Shown piece after piece: positions 1-11,045 of a stretch of 64,000 bases of DNA. The notes beneath the pieces were generated by a model. That model did not search any database and had not been told where the DNA came from. It was given only the letters and a program-made list of their open reading frames with translations. Source of the stretch: Octopus sinensis. Taxonomy: Eukaryota. Every line of letters begins with the position of its first letter. Within the stretch, counting starts at the first letter, position 1. Both the position numbers and the translations under genes were made by a program. The stretch lies in assembly GCF_006345805.1 (NCBI RefSeq), contig NC_043001.1, positions 105,090,001-105,154,000 on the forward strand. Reading direction: 5' to 3'.

Positions 1-14
1 CAGTATACTTTCCA

Positions 15-285
15 TCGGGCACATATGCCGAACCGCTAAGACAAAGGGACGTAAACGAACGAACATCGCTTGTCAAACGTAGGAGTGGAGACAAACACAA
101 ACACACATGCATAATATATTCAATGGGCTTCAACTCATTTTTCTAGCAATCAGATTAGGTCACAAGGCTTTGGTCGGTCCGAGGTCATAGTAGAAGTCAT
201 TTGGCCAAGATGCCACGAAATGGAACTGAGCTCCAATCTACCCGGCTTCAAACGCGTTTCTTGGCCATACAGACATACTCATACC
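15..285 (-). mobile_element. tRNA-derived SINE, family A (diverged copy)
   Basis: Reverse complement of family A blocks: CACAAGGCTTTGGTCGG..GAGG..ATAGTAGAAG..CCAAGATGCCACG and GCCGAACCGCTAAG..GGGACGTAAAC. Confidence 0.75.
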
Positions 286-647
286 TAATATCCAAGCAAA
301 TATCTGTAGAGATTTGACGGAACCGTTATACCTAGAAATATTCTTTGCCCCTCTCTCTCTCTCTCTGCTCTAAAGTTCAATAGTTTCTAAGGTCGACATT
401 GTCATTTCTCCTTTCAGAAACGATAAATAAAACATTAACCCTGTACTGAATCGATTCTTCCGCCCTAATTATTTTCCCACTTGAAAAGAAAATATTGCTG
501 TATTTAACCGGAGAGTGGGGTGGATTCCTCTGAGCTAAAAACACCAAAGACGTCTTTACGACGGTAGCCCTTCGATTTATTAGGTATTTGAATGCTTAAG
601 CGAGGAAGTGGCTGCATAAAACCCCTGAAGGCCTTGTTCGTGTGAAG

Positions 648-1286
648 CACTATCTTTCAACTTTGATATTTTACTTCTTTCACTGATTTCACTGTTACCA
701 TGCTGGGGCACCACTTTGGAGGATTTCAGTCGAATGACTCGACCTTAGATCATTTTGTTCTTCATCAGTAAATAATTGATAGCTAAAAATGAATATTAAC
801 CACCGATTTCAAAGTCTTCCTTCTGATGCTTTGGAACAAAATTCAGATTAGATGAGCGTGTCTGTTTGTTTCATCTAAACGAATATACAATTAAACTCAT
901 ACTGTGAAAGTCTCTACACAGATCATTGATCTTCAAAATTTACCCCTTGGTAATGACATCCTAGGGTCTTAAAAAGGCGATGAATTATGTATATTATTGG
1001 TTGCATTATTAAGTGTTTCAATGTCTTATATTTCCTGACTAATACATTCGTAAGAGGTTGTTGTGTCCTAACATATGTGCTGCTTCTTTTAGTTTTCGTA
1101 TTTTCCAGCGGTGTTCTCTGTCTATTATTTTTACATCATCCCACAGGGGATAGAATGAGTAATTTTCTGTGAAGAACAAAATGATCTAAGGTCGAGTCAT
1201 TCGACTGAAATCCTCCAAAGTGGTGCCCCAGCATGGCAACAGTGAAATCAGTGAAAGAAGTAAAATATCAAAGTTGAAAGATAGTG
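648..1286. repeat. Local inverted duplication, 117-bp arms (648-764 and 1170-1286)
   Basis: The arms are reverse complements with one mismatch (TTACC/TTGCC). Each carries the same diverged SINE A 3' fragment plus flank. Confidence 0.9.
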
Positions 1287-1552
1287 TACATTGCATGTTC
1301 TTACAATATTTATATCTACATTATGATCCCTTTTTCTCATTGGCTTGACCCCCATCATCATTTGCTAACTTCTAGCTAGATACTTCTAACTAAAACTAGC
1401 CATATCCATTTAGCCGATGTGAGTGTTTAATCACCGACAGTTTGTTAGAAACGAAGGTTCCTCTTTCAAATATAAGGTGAGACAATGTGCCTATCCGGTA
1501 TAGATGTAAACATTGTAAAGGTTAGATTAATAGTTATGATAATACAGTTCTA

Positions 1553-1794
1553 TATTTACATTTGACGGATATTTGTCCTCATCTTGTTTGCTGTTAACAC
1601 AACGTTTCGGCTGATATACCCTCCAGCCTTCATCTTTGGGAAATTTCGAACCTGGGTACTAATTATTTACTATTATAGCTGTTTCTGAGAAAGAAGGTAT
1701 TTTTCGATGTTATTATTATTCAGGTCACTGCCTGAATCGAACTCGGAATCTTGAGGTTAGTAGCCCGCGCTATTAACCAGTACGCCATATGCCC
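1553..1794 (-). mobile_element. tRNA-headed, hammerhead-tailed SINE-like element (copy 1)
   Basis: Minus strand: GGGCATATGGCGTACTGGTTAATAGCGCGGGCTACTAAC..GAGTTCGATT head; short (TAA)n; tail GATGAAGGCTGGAGGGTATATCAGCCGAAACGTTGTGTT..GATGAGGACAAATATCCGTCAAATGTAAAT. Confidence 0.8.
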
Positions 1795-2324
1795 GTGGGC
1801 AATTAGGTAGTGAATTTTAGGTCTTATAAAGTCTAATATTTTCCTATCCTTCCTTTATACCGGTTCCCAAGTACTGATGAAGTGCTTAAAGCCGTTTCTG
1901 TGAAAGCGTGTTGTAAACTGATCGAAGTGGTAATCTCTAAGAGCAACGTTAATCCATCACAATTTAACATACAAAACATACACACACACACACACACACA
2001 CACACCTTCACATAACAGCATGTACGATCCAGCAGATGTAAATGCAAAACCGAATACGATGATTGCAATATATCATGATTCAAGTGCAGGTGCTTACAAT
2101 CACCCCCATATTAAAGCCATTAATACCGAAATCTTTCGAAGAAAATACTTCAAGTGATTTCAGACCGTTGATAAATTTCACATTAATTTTGAAGTTCACA
2201 TACGACCTAGAAGTGTGTCTGTGTTGCTCGCTGTGCTAGAAATAATGATGAAATTTTCATCATATAATGTAGCTTCTTCAAAATAGATAAACTGAGTTAG
2301 TGCTGTATCGGAATACACAGTGAC

Positions 2325-2556
2325 TGTGGTCGATTTAATCTACTTAATCCGTTTGTCTGTCCTTGTTTGTCCTCTCTGTGTGTAGCCCCTTGTGGGTAGT
2401 AAAGAAATAGGTATTTCACCCGTCGCTACATTCTGAGTTCAAATCCCGCCGAGGTCGACTTTGCCTTTCATCGTTTCGAGTTCGATAAATTAAGTACCAG
2501 TTACGCACTGGAGTCGATGTAATCAACTAGTCCCCTCCTCCAAAATTTGAAGCTAT
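2325..2556 (+). mobile_element. SINE family B, permuted/tandem unit
   Basis: GTTCAAATCCCGCCGAGGTCGACTTTGCCTTTCATC..TAAGTACCAGTTACGCACTGG, shared with many copies in the window. Confidence 0.8.
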
Positions 2557-2563
2557 TATCGTT

Positions 2564-2662
2564 ATAATAATAATAATAATAATTATTATTATTATTATGA
2601 TAAGGTCTCGCAAATAATAATAATAATAATAATAATTATTATTATTATTATTATTATTATTA
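2564..2662. repeat. (AAT)n/(ATT)n microsatellites
   Basis: Direct reading. Confidence 0.9.
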
Positions 2663-2790
2663 AACTAGCAGAATCGTCAGCATGCCGGACAAAATGCTTA
2701 TAGGCATTTCGTCCGTCTTTACGTTCTGAGTTGAAATCCAACCGAGGTCGACTTTCCTTTTTATCCTTGTACCTTTAGTAGAAAGGTTTA
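2663..2790 (+). mobile_element. SINE family B (diverged)
   Basis: GCAGAATCGTCAGCATGCCGGACAAAATGCTTA..GTTCTGAGTTGAAATCCAACCGAGGTCGACTT. Confidence 0.7.
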
Positions 2791-3187
2791 TTATTATTAT
2801 CATTATTAACATTTTTATTGCTCTTGTTGTTGTCCATCGTAATGTTTATGTGCGTTTTTGCTTTCGTTTAAGATTCCTTTCTTAAAAATATTTGTTCGGA
2901 GCACTTGCCAATAAAAATTTAGATTCCTGTGGGTGTTAGCCACGATAGCCAGAGGGTGGACGAAAAGGAAATCCTTTTACAAACTTCATATTTTATTTGC
3001 TTTCACATTTTAACGCTATTTTTTACATCGAAATGTCAAGGAGAGAAACAGTACGATGCGCTAAGCAACAAAACGAAACGAATACAACACTGTACCGAAC
3101 AACTATGAAGCCAGAAGATAATTATATTTCGTATTTCCTCATATCAATGAACAATTACTACAAAACTAAAAGAAAAAAAATTGAACA

Positions 3188-3304
3188 GGCGCCGACAAGA
3201 AGTTTGCCTCCCGACCACAGGGTTCCGGGTACAGGCCCACTGCGGAGCACTTTGGATCGGTGCATTATGAGTGAATTTAGCAGATGGAAATTGAAAACGC
3301 CCGT

Positions 3305-3355
<51 letters not shown>

Positions 3356-3600
3356 TCAAGTGTGTGTGTGTGTGTGTGCATATGTGTGACTTTGTGTCTG
3401 TGTTTGTCTCTTACCAGCGCTTGACACTGTGTCGGCTTGTCTACGTCACCGTGACTTAGCGGTTCGGCCATAGAGGGCCGATAGAAAAAATCCCGGGCTT
3501 TAAAACAATTAGTACAGGAGTCGATTCATTCGACTAAAATATCATGAAGCCCGTGCCCCGGCATGGTCGCAGTTTAATGCCTGAAACAAGTAAAAGAAAA
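3188..3600 (+). mobile_element. SINE family A with internal (TA)n(GT)n
   Basis: Head GGTTCCGGGTACAGGCCCACTGCG, internal microsatellite, tail TTAGCGGTTCGGC..CGACTAAA..GGCATGGTCGCAG..GAAACAAGTAAAAG. Confidence 0.75.
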
Positions 3601-3705
3601 AATTAACGAAGACCTTCTAGAAAAATAAATCAAAAATAAGGAATATTTCGCGATACATTTAGCAGAATATGAAATTATTTCCAACATTAAAAGAGAAATC
3701 TTTCG

Positions 3706-4022
3706 GGGCCGATTAAATAAGTACCAGTTACGCACTGGGGTCTATATAATCGACTTAATCCCTTTGTCTGTCCTTGTTTGTCCCCTCTAGGTTTAGCCTC
3801 TTGTGGGCAATAAAGAAATAAGAAACATTAGCACGCCGGGCAAAATGCTTAGCGGTATTTCCTCTGTTTTTACGTTCTGAGTTCAAATCCCGCCGAGTCG
3901 ACTTTGCCTTTCATCCATTCGGAGTCGATTAAATAAGTGCTAGTTATACATTGGGGTGGATGTAATCGACTTAATCCCTCCCCCCAATCTGCCTTTCTGG
4001 CAAAAATTTGAAAGCGTTATTA
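3706..4022 (+). mobile_element. SINE family B, two adjacent units
   Basis: AAGTACCAGTTACGCACTGGGG..GTCTGTCCTTG..GTGGGCAATAAAGAAAT followed by TTAGCACGCCGGGCAAAATGCTTAGCGGTATTTC. Confidence 0.8.
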
Positions 4023-4719
4023 TATCAACCATTACATCACATTTAATCGTCCATCAACAAGATGGAGGATTAAATCTGAAAATAACCCCGTCAAGAATGA
4101 TAAGGTCTCGCAAATATACATTATGCACAGACATTTATATACTACTAAGAGAAGCGAAGCCATGACATTCATTTTAAATACATACACGGACAATAAATGC
4201 AGAGAGAGACATCCTCCGCCATTCACACGTATTTAATGAATGTCTGCATTCCTGCATTTAACGAATCAAAAACAAAGTTAATTTATTTCGTTTGCACGGA
4301 AATCAACTGCACATTTTCATCTGTATAATAACTAATTTCTTCAGTGTATCTTTAAAATTATCAATAATAATTCATATTTTTACATAGTTCTGCTTTTCAC
4401 TATTTAATTCTCTGGTTACATCACATCTTCCTCTCAGTTTTTCTACATATATATGTGTGAATGTGTGTGTGTATGTGTCCATGTGTGTGCGTCTGTATGC
4501 TTGTGTACTTGTGCACGTAGATGAGAGCAAGACACACGCCATTTTCCTTATATGTTCTGATACACCGAAACACACCCGTTAACACTTTTGAGTGTATAGT
4601 AGGTAGCTTAACAATATTCCAATTTCATTTGGCGAAAACCTTTAGTGAGCGCTTGACTATCAATCTGTCGTTCCCATATTTGAATAAAAACACTTCACTA
4701 ATAAAATCGAAGGATTAAC

Positions 4720-4995
4720 ATATAAATGTTTTGTCTTGATGGGCTGCAACAAATATTCTGCTTAATAACACAGATTATTTTCTTGTCAGTTGTTTGATCT
4801 GAATCCTTCGGATATGTGTCTTGCTGGCTGTCGATCTGCACATTTCTATTTATGAGCAGGAGTAGTAGGGGAGCATTATAGCCATATGTTTTGAAGGGTT
4901 TTTTGGGGTTTGAATAATTCACTCCTAGAAGCATGGCTAGAAGTATCACTTTGATGGCGTCTGCTGCTCTCTCACTTAATAATAATAATAATAAT
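4720..4995 (+). mobile_element. 3' end of a (TAA)n-tailed retroelement, internally deleted (homologous to 11045-11403)
   Basis: Shares GAGCAG.AGTAGT.GGGGAGCAT.ATAGCCAT.TGTT..GGTTTGAATAATTCA and the terminus CACTTTGATGGC..CTGCTCTCTCACT followed by (AAT)n. Confidence 0.7.
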
Positions 4996-5551
4996 AATGT
5001 CTTCTACTGTAGATAGGAATTTAAAAGGGGCTGGTAGTAGTAGAGACAGTGATTCGAGATTTTCTTTTAAATCTGAATTCAGATTATCGTGTAAAATGTT
5101 TTGTTTTCATTCGGTTTGCAAACAACCGCCATCAGAAATATTTAATCGTCTGCTATATTATCCTACTATAGACATACTTCTCACCTATTTCTCGATAAAT
5201 TTTTCATTGAAGCAGACAATCTTTGTAGTGCCATACCTTCACCGCACTTTGATCTTTCTCCAGAGTTGACTAATATCCAGAATTTTCTTTTGATTTGCAA
5301 CACTCGCAAAATATGATTTAATGTTGTTTTTACTATGGCAAATGTTTGTTCTTTCCCTTCTGAAATTTGTCTGCCTCTGTTTATAACTGGAATCGTTTGT
5401 TTCATTGTTTCAATGTTTCTAAAATCGATTTTCCAGTTTTTAAGTGTCTTTTTTGCATGTTCGCTACTTGCACAGTGGTAAGTAGCCTTCTACTCTGATT
5501 ATATAGAATCATCACAAAGCAAACCAGAATGGATACTTGCCAGAAATAGGT

Positions 5552-5715
5552 ATAGGCGAAGATGTGGCTGCGTGGTAAGAAGCCTGCTTCGCAGCTATAT
5601 TTTCAGGTTCAAGCACAGTGTTGCATCTTGGACAAGTGTCTTCTACTATAGCCTCCAGCAGACCAAAGTCTTGTGAGTGGATTTGGTTCACGGAAACTGT
5701 AAGAAGCCCGTTCTT
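5552..5715 (+). mobile_element. SINE family A, 5' half
   Basis: GGCGAAGATGTGGCTGCGTGGTAAGAAGC..CTTCTACTATAGCC..GTGAGTGGATTTGG..GAAGCCCG. Confidence 0.75.
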
Positions 5716-5993
5716 TATATATCAGATCTAGCTCCTCACTAGTTTAGTGATTGAACTCAATTTAGGAACAGAAGACTTTTAAACCAAAAACCCATAAGCT
5801 TCATTCTTTCAAACAGAAGAAGGAATAATGAAATGGTTCAAATTATGGTAAAGATCACTAACTGATTAACACAACCAAAGCTGCGGGCTTGGGGCGGATC
5901 AAGAAAGATCCGAATGTGGCTTAGATTGATCACCAAAAGATGTGAGAAAGTATAATTTAGATCTTGAATCTGGGAATATTAGCCGTGAGTTGT

Positions 5994-6281
5994 GAAGGCG
6001 CATGGCTTAATGGTTAAAGGTATTCTGATCATAATCGTGACGTGGTTGTGTTCTTGAACGAGACATTTTATTTCACGCTTCTCCATTCAGCTTGAAAAAC
6101 GAGTTCTACTTGCAATTCAATGGGACTGGTTTTGTCAATTCTCTTAGAATTGCGTTAAGTGTATGCGTGTCTGCGGAGTGCTCAGCCACTTGCACGTTAA
6201 TTTCACGAACTGGCTGTTCCATGGATCGAATCAAATGGAATACTCGTCATGGTAACTGACAGAGCGCCAGTTATTAGCCAT
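5994..6281 (+). mobile_element. SINE family C-like (diverged)
   Basis: tRNA-like head GGCGCATGGCTTAATGGTTA; 3' block GGAGTGCTCAGCCACTTGCACGTTAATTTCACGA shared with 9272-9652 and 16728-17083. Confidence 0.65.
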
Positions 6282-6460
6282 GTGTGGGCCAGATCACTAA
6301 CAAACATAAATTAAATACTTCATCAGTATGCGATTAAGAATATGCAAGTGGAAATGAAAGGGAATTATAAAACCTAACCTATTTCTGACCGAATAAACAT
6401 GTCATGTGCTGATTCCCCATTTTCCAGTTTTTTTTCCTGCCTGACGCTTACACATTAGAC

Positions 6461-6658
6461 AAGTGGTTCTTATTCTGAGGTCCGTGGAACCCTGGTGGTC
6501 CGTAAAGGTTATAGTGAGGGGTCCGTGAAATAAATTCAAGATTTTATATATATATATATATATACACACATAAAGATAGGCATATTAAAAGGGGCCCGTG
6601 AGAAAGCCCATTTAAATGAAAGGGTTAGAAATCACCGTGAAAAGCTTGGGAATCACTG
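6461..6658. mobile_element. hAT (Charlie-type) non-autonomous MITE
   Basis: Ends AAGTGGTTCTTATTCT.. / ..AAGCTTGGGAATCACTG resemble Charlie-type CAGTGGTTCTCAA TIRs. 8-bp flanking direct repeat CATTAGAC (6453-6460) / CGTTAGAC (6659-6666) with central TA. Confidence 0.75.
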
Positions 6659-6763
6659 CGTTAGACCAACATGTGAAAGAGGAGCGACTTTAGATACAAA
6701 CGTCATGGAACGATTATCAATAAGCTCGTGTATATAGCGGACGCCAGTTGAACGCTACAGATG

Positions 6764-6830
<67 letters not shown>

Positions 6831-6851
6831 TATATATATATATGTCTATAT

Positions 6852-6994
6852 CTTTTCTCATTTACTTATTTCAGTCATTTGACTGCGGCCATGCTGGAGC
6901 ACCGCCTTTAGTCGAGCAAATCGACCCCAGGACTTATTCTTTGTAAGCCTAGTATTTATTCTATCGGTCTCATTTGTCTAATCGCTAAGCTTAC
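6852..6994 (-). mobile_element. SINE family A, 3' tail
   Basis: TTTCAGTCATTTGACTGCGGCCATGCTGGAGCACCGCCTTTAGTCGAGCAAATCGACCCCAGGACTTATTC. Confidence 0.85.
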
Positions 6995-7222
6995 CGGGCG
7001 ATGTGTGTGTTTATGAGCAAAACACCTAAGCTCCGCAGAGGGTAATAGCGAACGTCTGCTGACTCTTTCGCCACAACTTTCACTCCCTCTTTCCTCCTGC
7101 ATCTTGCAGCTCACCTGCGACGGACCGGCGTCCCGTCCAGGTAGGGAACTTATACGCCAAAGAAACCGGGAAACCGGCCCTTATGAGCCAAGCGTGGCTC
7201 GGGAAGGAACAAACAAAAGAAA
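6995..7222 (+). mobile_element. SINE family D, 5'-truncated
   Basis: Matches the full copy at 31589-31895 (GCAGCTCACCTGCGACGGACCGGCGTCCCGTCCAGG..GGAAACCGGCCCTTATGAGCC..AAGGAACAAAC). Confidence 0.85.
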
Positions 7223-8039
7223 ACGGCTACTAAGATACTTGAGTTCTTTCATCTGGTGAGCTATTAGGTTGCTTTCTTGTCCTTTCATTTCATCTGGAGA
7301 AACAAAATCTATTGAAATACTGCCGTAGCTTTTACAAAATGGCTGCCGCTTGCAACGTTTTTTTGCTGGAGTATTAGTACGCTGCTACAACTGCGGCTGC
7401 TCTTATTATTGTATCTGATGGCTCTGGAAGCTTCAGTGAAAGTGTTATTGGTAGTAATGAGAGACGTCAACTCAATCTTGTTTTTTAATGGTGGTCAGCA
7501 GAATGAAATAGAAAAGGTTTGAGTGGTAGCTGTAGCAGAGATGACATTTGTAAATGTTATTTCAGTGACTTTTCCCTTACCATCGGCGATAGTGGCAAAA
7601 TTGCTGTCGTTATTGTTATTGTGTTTTTTCTCCTTAATCATTTGTGAGGCTGTTGTCATTGTCGTTAGTCTCATTCCGTGACCGCTGCAGCCGACATAGT
7701 TTTCGCGTTGAAAAGAAGGAAATTGATGTTATTTCTATGTTTGTCGTTGTGGTTCATTCCTGTGCGTTGTTGTTGCTAAAATTGTCTGAAAATTTTTCTT
7801 TAAACCAACTTTTTTCTTTTGTTTAGCAAAATCACTGCGGCAGACGATATTTTCTTGCTTTTACTGCTATCAAACTCATAATATCAGAATCATTGACATT
7901 TATTTTAAACCGTTTATCCGCCAAGTGCAGACGATGGTGGAAAGCCGTAGTGTTTCATTTAATTAAAAGAATACTGAGGATTTTAAATAGTTCTTCGATA
8001 ATGTTTGAAACAAAACTTACCGGTTATGCTTTAAAATTT

Positions 8040-8215
8040 TGGCGTATGGCCAACAGCTTTTGAAGGGAAGAGGAACTCAACTTACGTTGCATCCAGAGCA
8101 TGACTGGTATTTATTTATCGACTCTAAAAAGAAGAAAAGCAAATGTCAGCCTCAGTTTAATTTGCACACATAACTTAATGACAGATAAAATACCGCCAAG
8201 GATTTTGTCCGGCAT
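8040..8215 (-). mobile_element. SINE family B (old, diverged)
   Basis: ACTGGTATTTATTTATCGAC..AAAGCAAATGTCAGCCTC, reverse complement of the family B core. Confidence 0.55.
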
Positions 8216-9271
8216 ACCAACTTACCACCTTATATTATCATTTAATAATAAAAATATTGATAGTAATCTGGGATAAAAGGTAAAATATAAACATGACACG
8301 GGTTTCTCTGAGGAAGCTTGGGTGCTGGGATCACTATAAGATCAGCGTTTGGAGAAATGTACAATACACAAGTTTATAGAAAATGTTTAATACGGAAAAT
8401 GTATATCGGATCAGTTGCCGCCAAGAGAGAAAAGGACTGTGTCCTTAAAAATCCAACCAGCCTGTGGTGGTAAACCTTGCCAATGGTTTGATTACTGACT
8501 AAAACACTGGTTGGCATGAAAGCTTTCATTGACCGGATAAACCAAAACTATGACCCTCCATATACACCAACCCAATACCGTAAAGCTAAAAGAAGGCAAA
8601 AACGAACTTGGGAAGAACACAAGAACGTGCTAGATGTTCTGTTATACTGCAATGTACTTTCAATTGAGGAGGTCGTATAAAGAATATACATTGTTAAACT
8701 GGGGGAGTAAAAGCTATAACAATAGGCCGAATATGAATTGCAATAAATTCGTTAATATTCATATAGGAAATAACCTGTTGCCTGATATGGATATCAAAGA
8801 CATTCAAATATATGTTTAACCCAATATTAATTCAAACGATGAAAATAATAATCCAAAATATTGTTTCATGGTAGAAGTGGAATTTAGTACGAAATTAACC
8901 AAATTGAGGCCGTCAACGAAATAGTCACCGATGAGGATCTAATTGAGTGATTATAGTGGAAGTTGAGACATAGATACTGGACTTGACAATCTAAACGAAA
9001 AGTTGTATTGGAGGTGGGTGAATATCAAACATACTGAATTAAGGGAGATTGAAACCCACTGAATCACCTTGTCTCTGTTGCAGTATCAATAGCCCGGCCC
9101 TGTGGCACTGTTTGGTGTCCATCTAAAGAAAAGCAGGAAAACAGCATGGCAAAGGAGAATTAGAAATAGAATTAATGAACTTAGAACCTATTTTGAATTA
9201 CTCAAGAACATTAAGAGCAGAGTAAAGTTTAAAGGAACAACTCTAAAAAGTTGTAAAGAATATATCGTCGT

Positions 9272-9652
9272 GGTATTCCGTCGGTTGCGACGACGAGGTT
9301 TCCAGTTGATCCGATCAACGGAACAGCCTGCTTGTGGAATTAACGAGCAAGTGGCTGAGTGCTCCACAGTCACGAATACCCTTAACGTAGTTCTAGGGGA
9401 GACTGATCGTGATACAGTGTATGGCAAGGCTGGCCCATTTGAAGTACATGTACAACAGAAACAGGAAGAAAGAGTGAGAGAATGTTGAGGTGAAAGAGTA
9501 CAGCAGGGTTCGCCCCCCACTCCCCTGCCGGAGCCTCGTGAAACTTTAGGTGTATTCGCTCAATAAACACTCACAACGCCCTGTCTGAGTCGAAACCGCG
9601 ATCCTATGACCGCGAGTGCACTACCTTAACCACTAGACCATTGCGCCTCCAC
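9272..9652 (-). mobile_element. SINE family C, near full-length, inserted into the decayed LINE
   Basis: Minus-strand head GGAGGCGCAATGGTCTAGTGGTTAAGG..GGTTTCGACTC; tail GGAGCACTCAGCCACTTGCTCGTTAATT..GGAAACCTCGTCGTCGCAACCGACGGA. Confidence 0.85.
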
Positions 9653-9899
9653 ATAGAAAATAAGGCATAAAAAGGATAAGTGAAATGGATTCCGTAATAA
9701 AAATAAAAACAAAGAAGCAAATGATCTAAACCAAAGCTGCAAGTGTAAGGAGGTGGGGTGCGCTACAGAAAGGATGAAACACGTTGAAGGTTAGCAATAC
9801 AGCAAGAGCTGATAAATCGAAGAGTTTTAGAAGTCAGTCTGCTGCTCTACCAAGGAACACAATCGTAATGCTCTCTGGATTCATCAACAAGTCAGAGAC

Positions 9900-10090
9900 A
9901 CTCAACATATTAGTCCCAAATTCTGGCACAAGTCCAGCAATTTCGAAGGAGGTGATACATTGATTACATCGACTCCAGTTCTCAACTGGGACTTATTTTA
10001 TCGACTCTGAAAGAATGAAAGGCAGAGTGGACTTCAGCGGGATTTGGGACTCAGAACGTAAAGACAGAAGAAATACCGCTAAGTATTTTG
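9900..10090 (-). mobile_element. SINE family B (diverged)
   Basis: ATCGACTC..AAAGAATGAAAGGCAGAGTGGACTTCAGCGGGATTTGGGACTCAGAACGTAAAGAC. Confidence 0.7.
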
Positions 10091-10960
10091 CCCTGGGTGT
10101 TAAAAGATACTCAACTTATTACAAACCAAATATAATAAGATATCATATAATAAGGATTGCATCGAGAAAAATCTACGAAATGAAATTCACTTGGAAAAAA
10201 TATAACCTCAAATTTCTGTCCGAAAGGTCTCCCGTAATCCCACAAGAGTCTGACTCATCTGAACAATAACATTAGGCATGGCCCTTGGAAAATCCCTCCT
10301 TGGCTAGCAGATAGAGTAATTTAATCTCCCAAAAGATGAAACTAATGGTCCGCGCCACCAAAATATCGGTTAATAATACTAACAACTATCACAACCCTTC
10401 CTGATGGATAACAAAATATTCCCCAACGAACAGAAAGGACTTAATCGGGATTCATATCGATATAAAGACCAGGTTTTAATCAATAAAATGATATTAGAGA
10501 ATTACCATACATGGTACAAAAATCTTTCTATTGCATGGATTGATTACAAAAAATAAAAAAAAAGCGTGTGATTGCCTTCCCCATATTGATATTGTGAAAT
10601 ACTTGGAAATCTATAAAATCACATCGGTTCTGGTCATTTTCTGTCGATGCTCTTGGAGAAAATTCTATATCGGGATTCAGAAGCAGGTATTGTGAATGAT
10701 AAAAACTAACATTTTGAAGGTAATTCTGTATCACCTATCGTCTTTGCATGTCTTTCATTCCGTTAAGTAAATTGTTAAATGACACAAGACATGGATAGCA
10801 AGTAAGCTAAAAAAAACACCCACCTTTACAGAGATGATCTAAAGTTTTCTACAAATGGTGACCGTCCACTGTAACAGCTTTGGACTTTAGTAATAGATGT
10901 CCGGACCGTTTAACATCTAAGCGTCTGAGATTTATTAAGATGAAACATGGTGATGATGCT

Positions 10961-10979
10961 GATAATAATAATAATAATG

Positions 10980-11044
<65 letters not shown>
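10961..11044. repeat. (TAA)n microsatellite
   Basis: Direct reading. Confidence 0.95.

Positions 11045-11045
<1 letters not shown>

Larger units (their letters stand above)
8500..10905 (+). pseudogene. Decayed R4/Dong-like LINE (N-terminal region and RT), interrupted by SINEs
   Basis: Translated remnants: KRRQKRTWEEH (~8590, cf. KRRKWT); KKSRKTAWQRRIRNRINELR (9125-9185); NKIFPNEQKG..SYRYKDQVLINKMILE..KNLSIAWIDYKK (10410-10555); FEGNSVSP (~10715); LYRDDLK (~10825). These are collinear with the element at 11682-13950. Confidence 0.8.

Noticed and set aside
5000-5480. Purine-rich, coding-looking minus-strand stretch
   Set aside because: Multiple stops and no recognisable motif; possibly an old TE, but unsupported.
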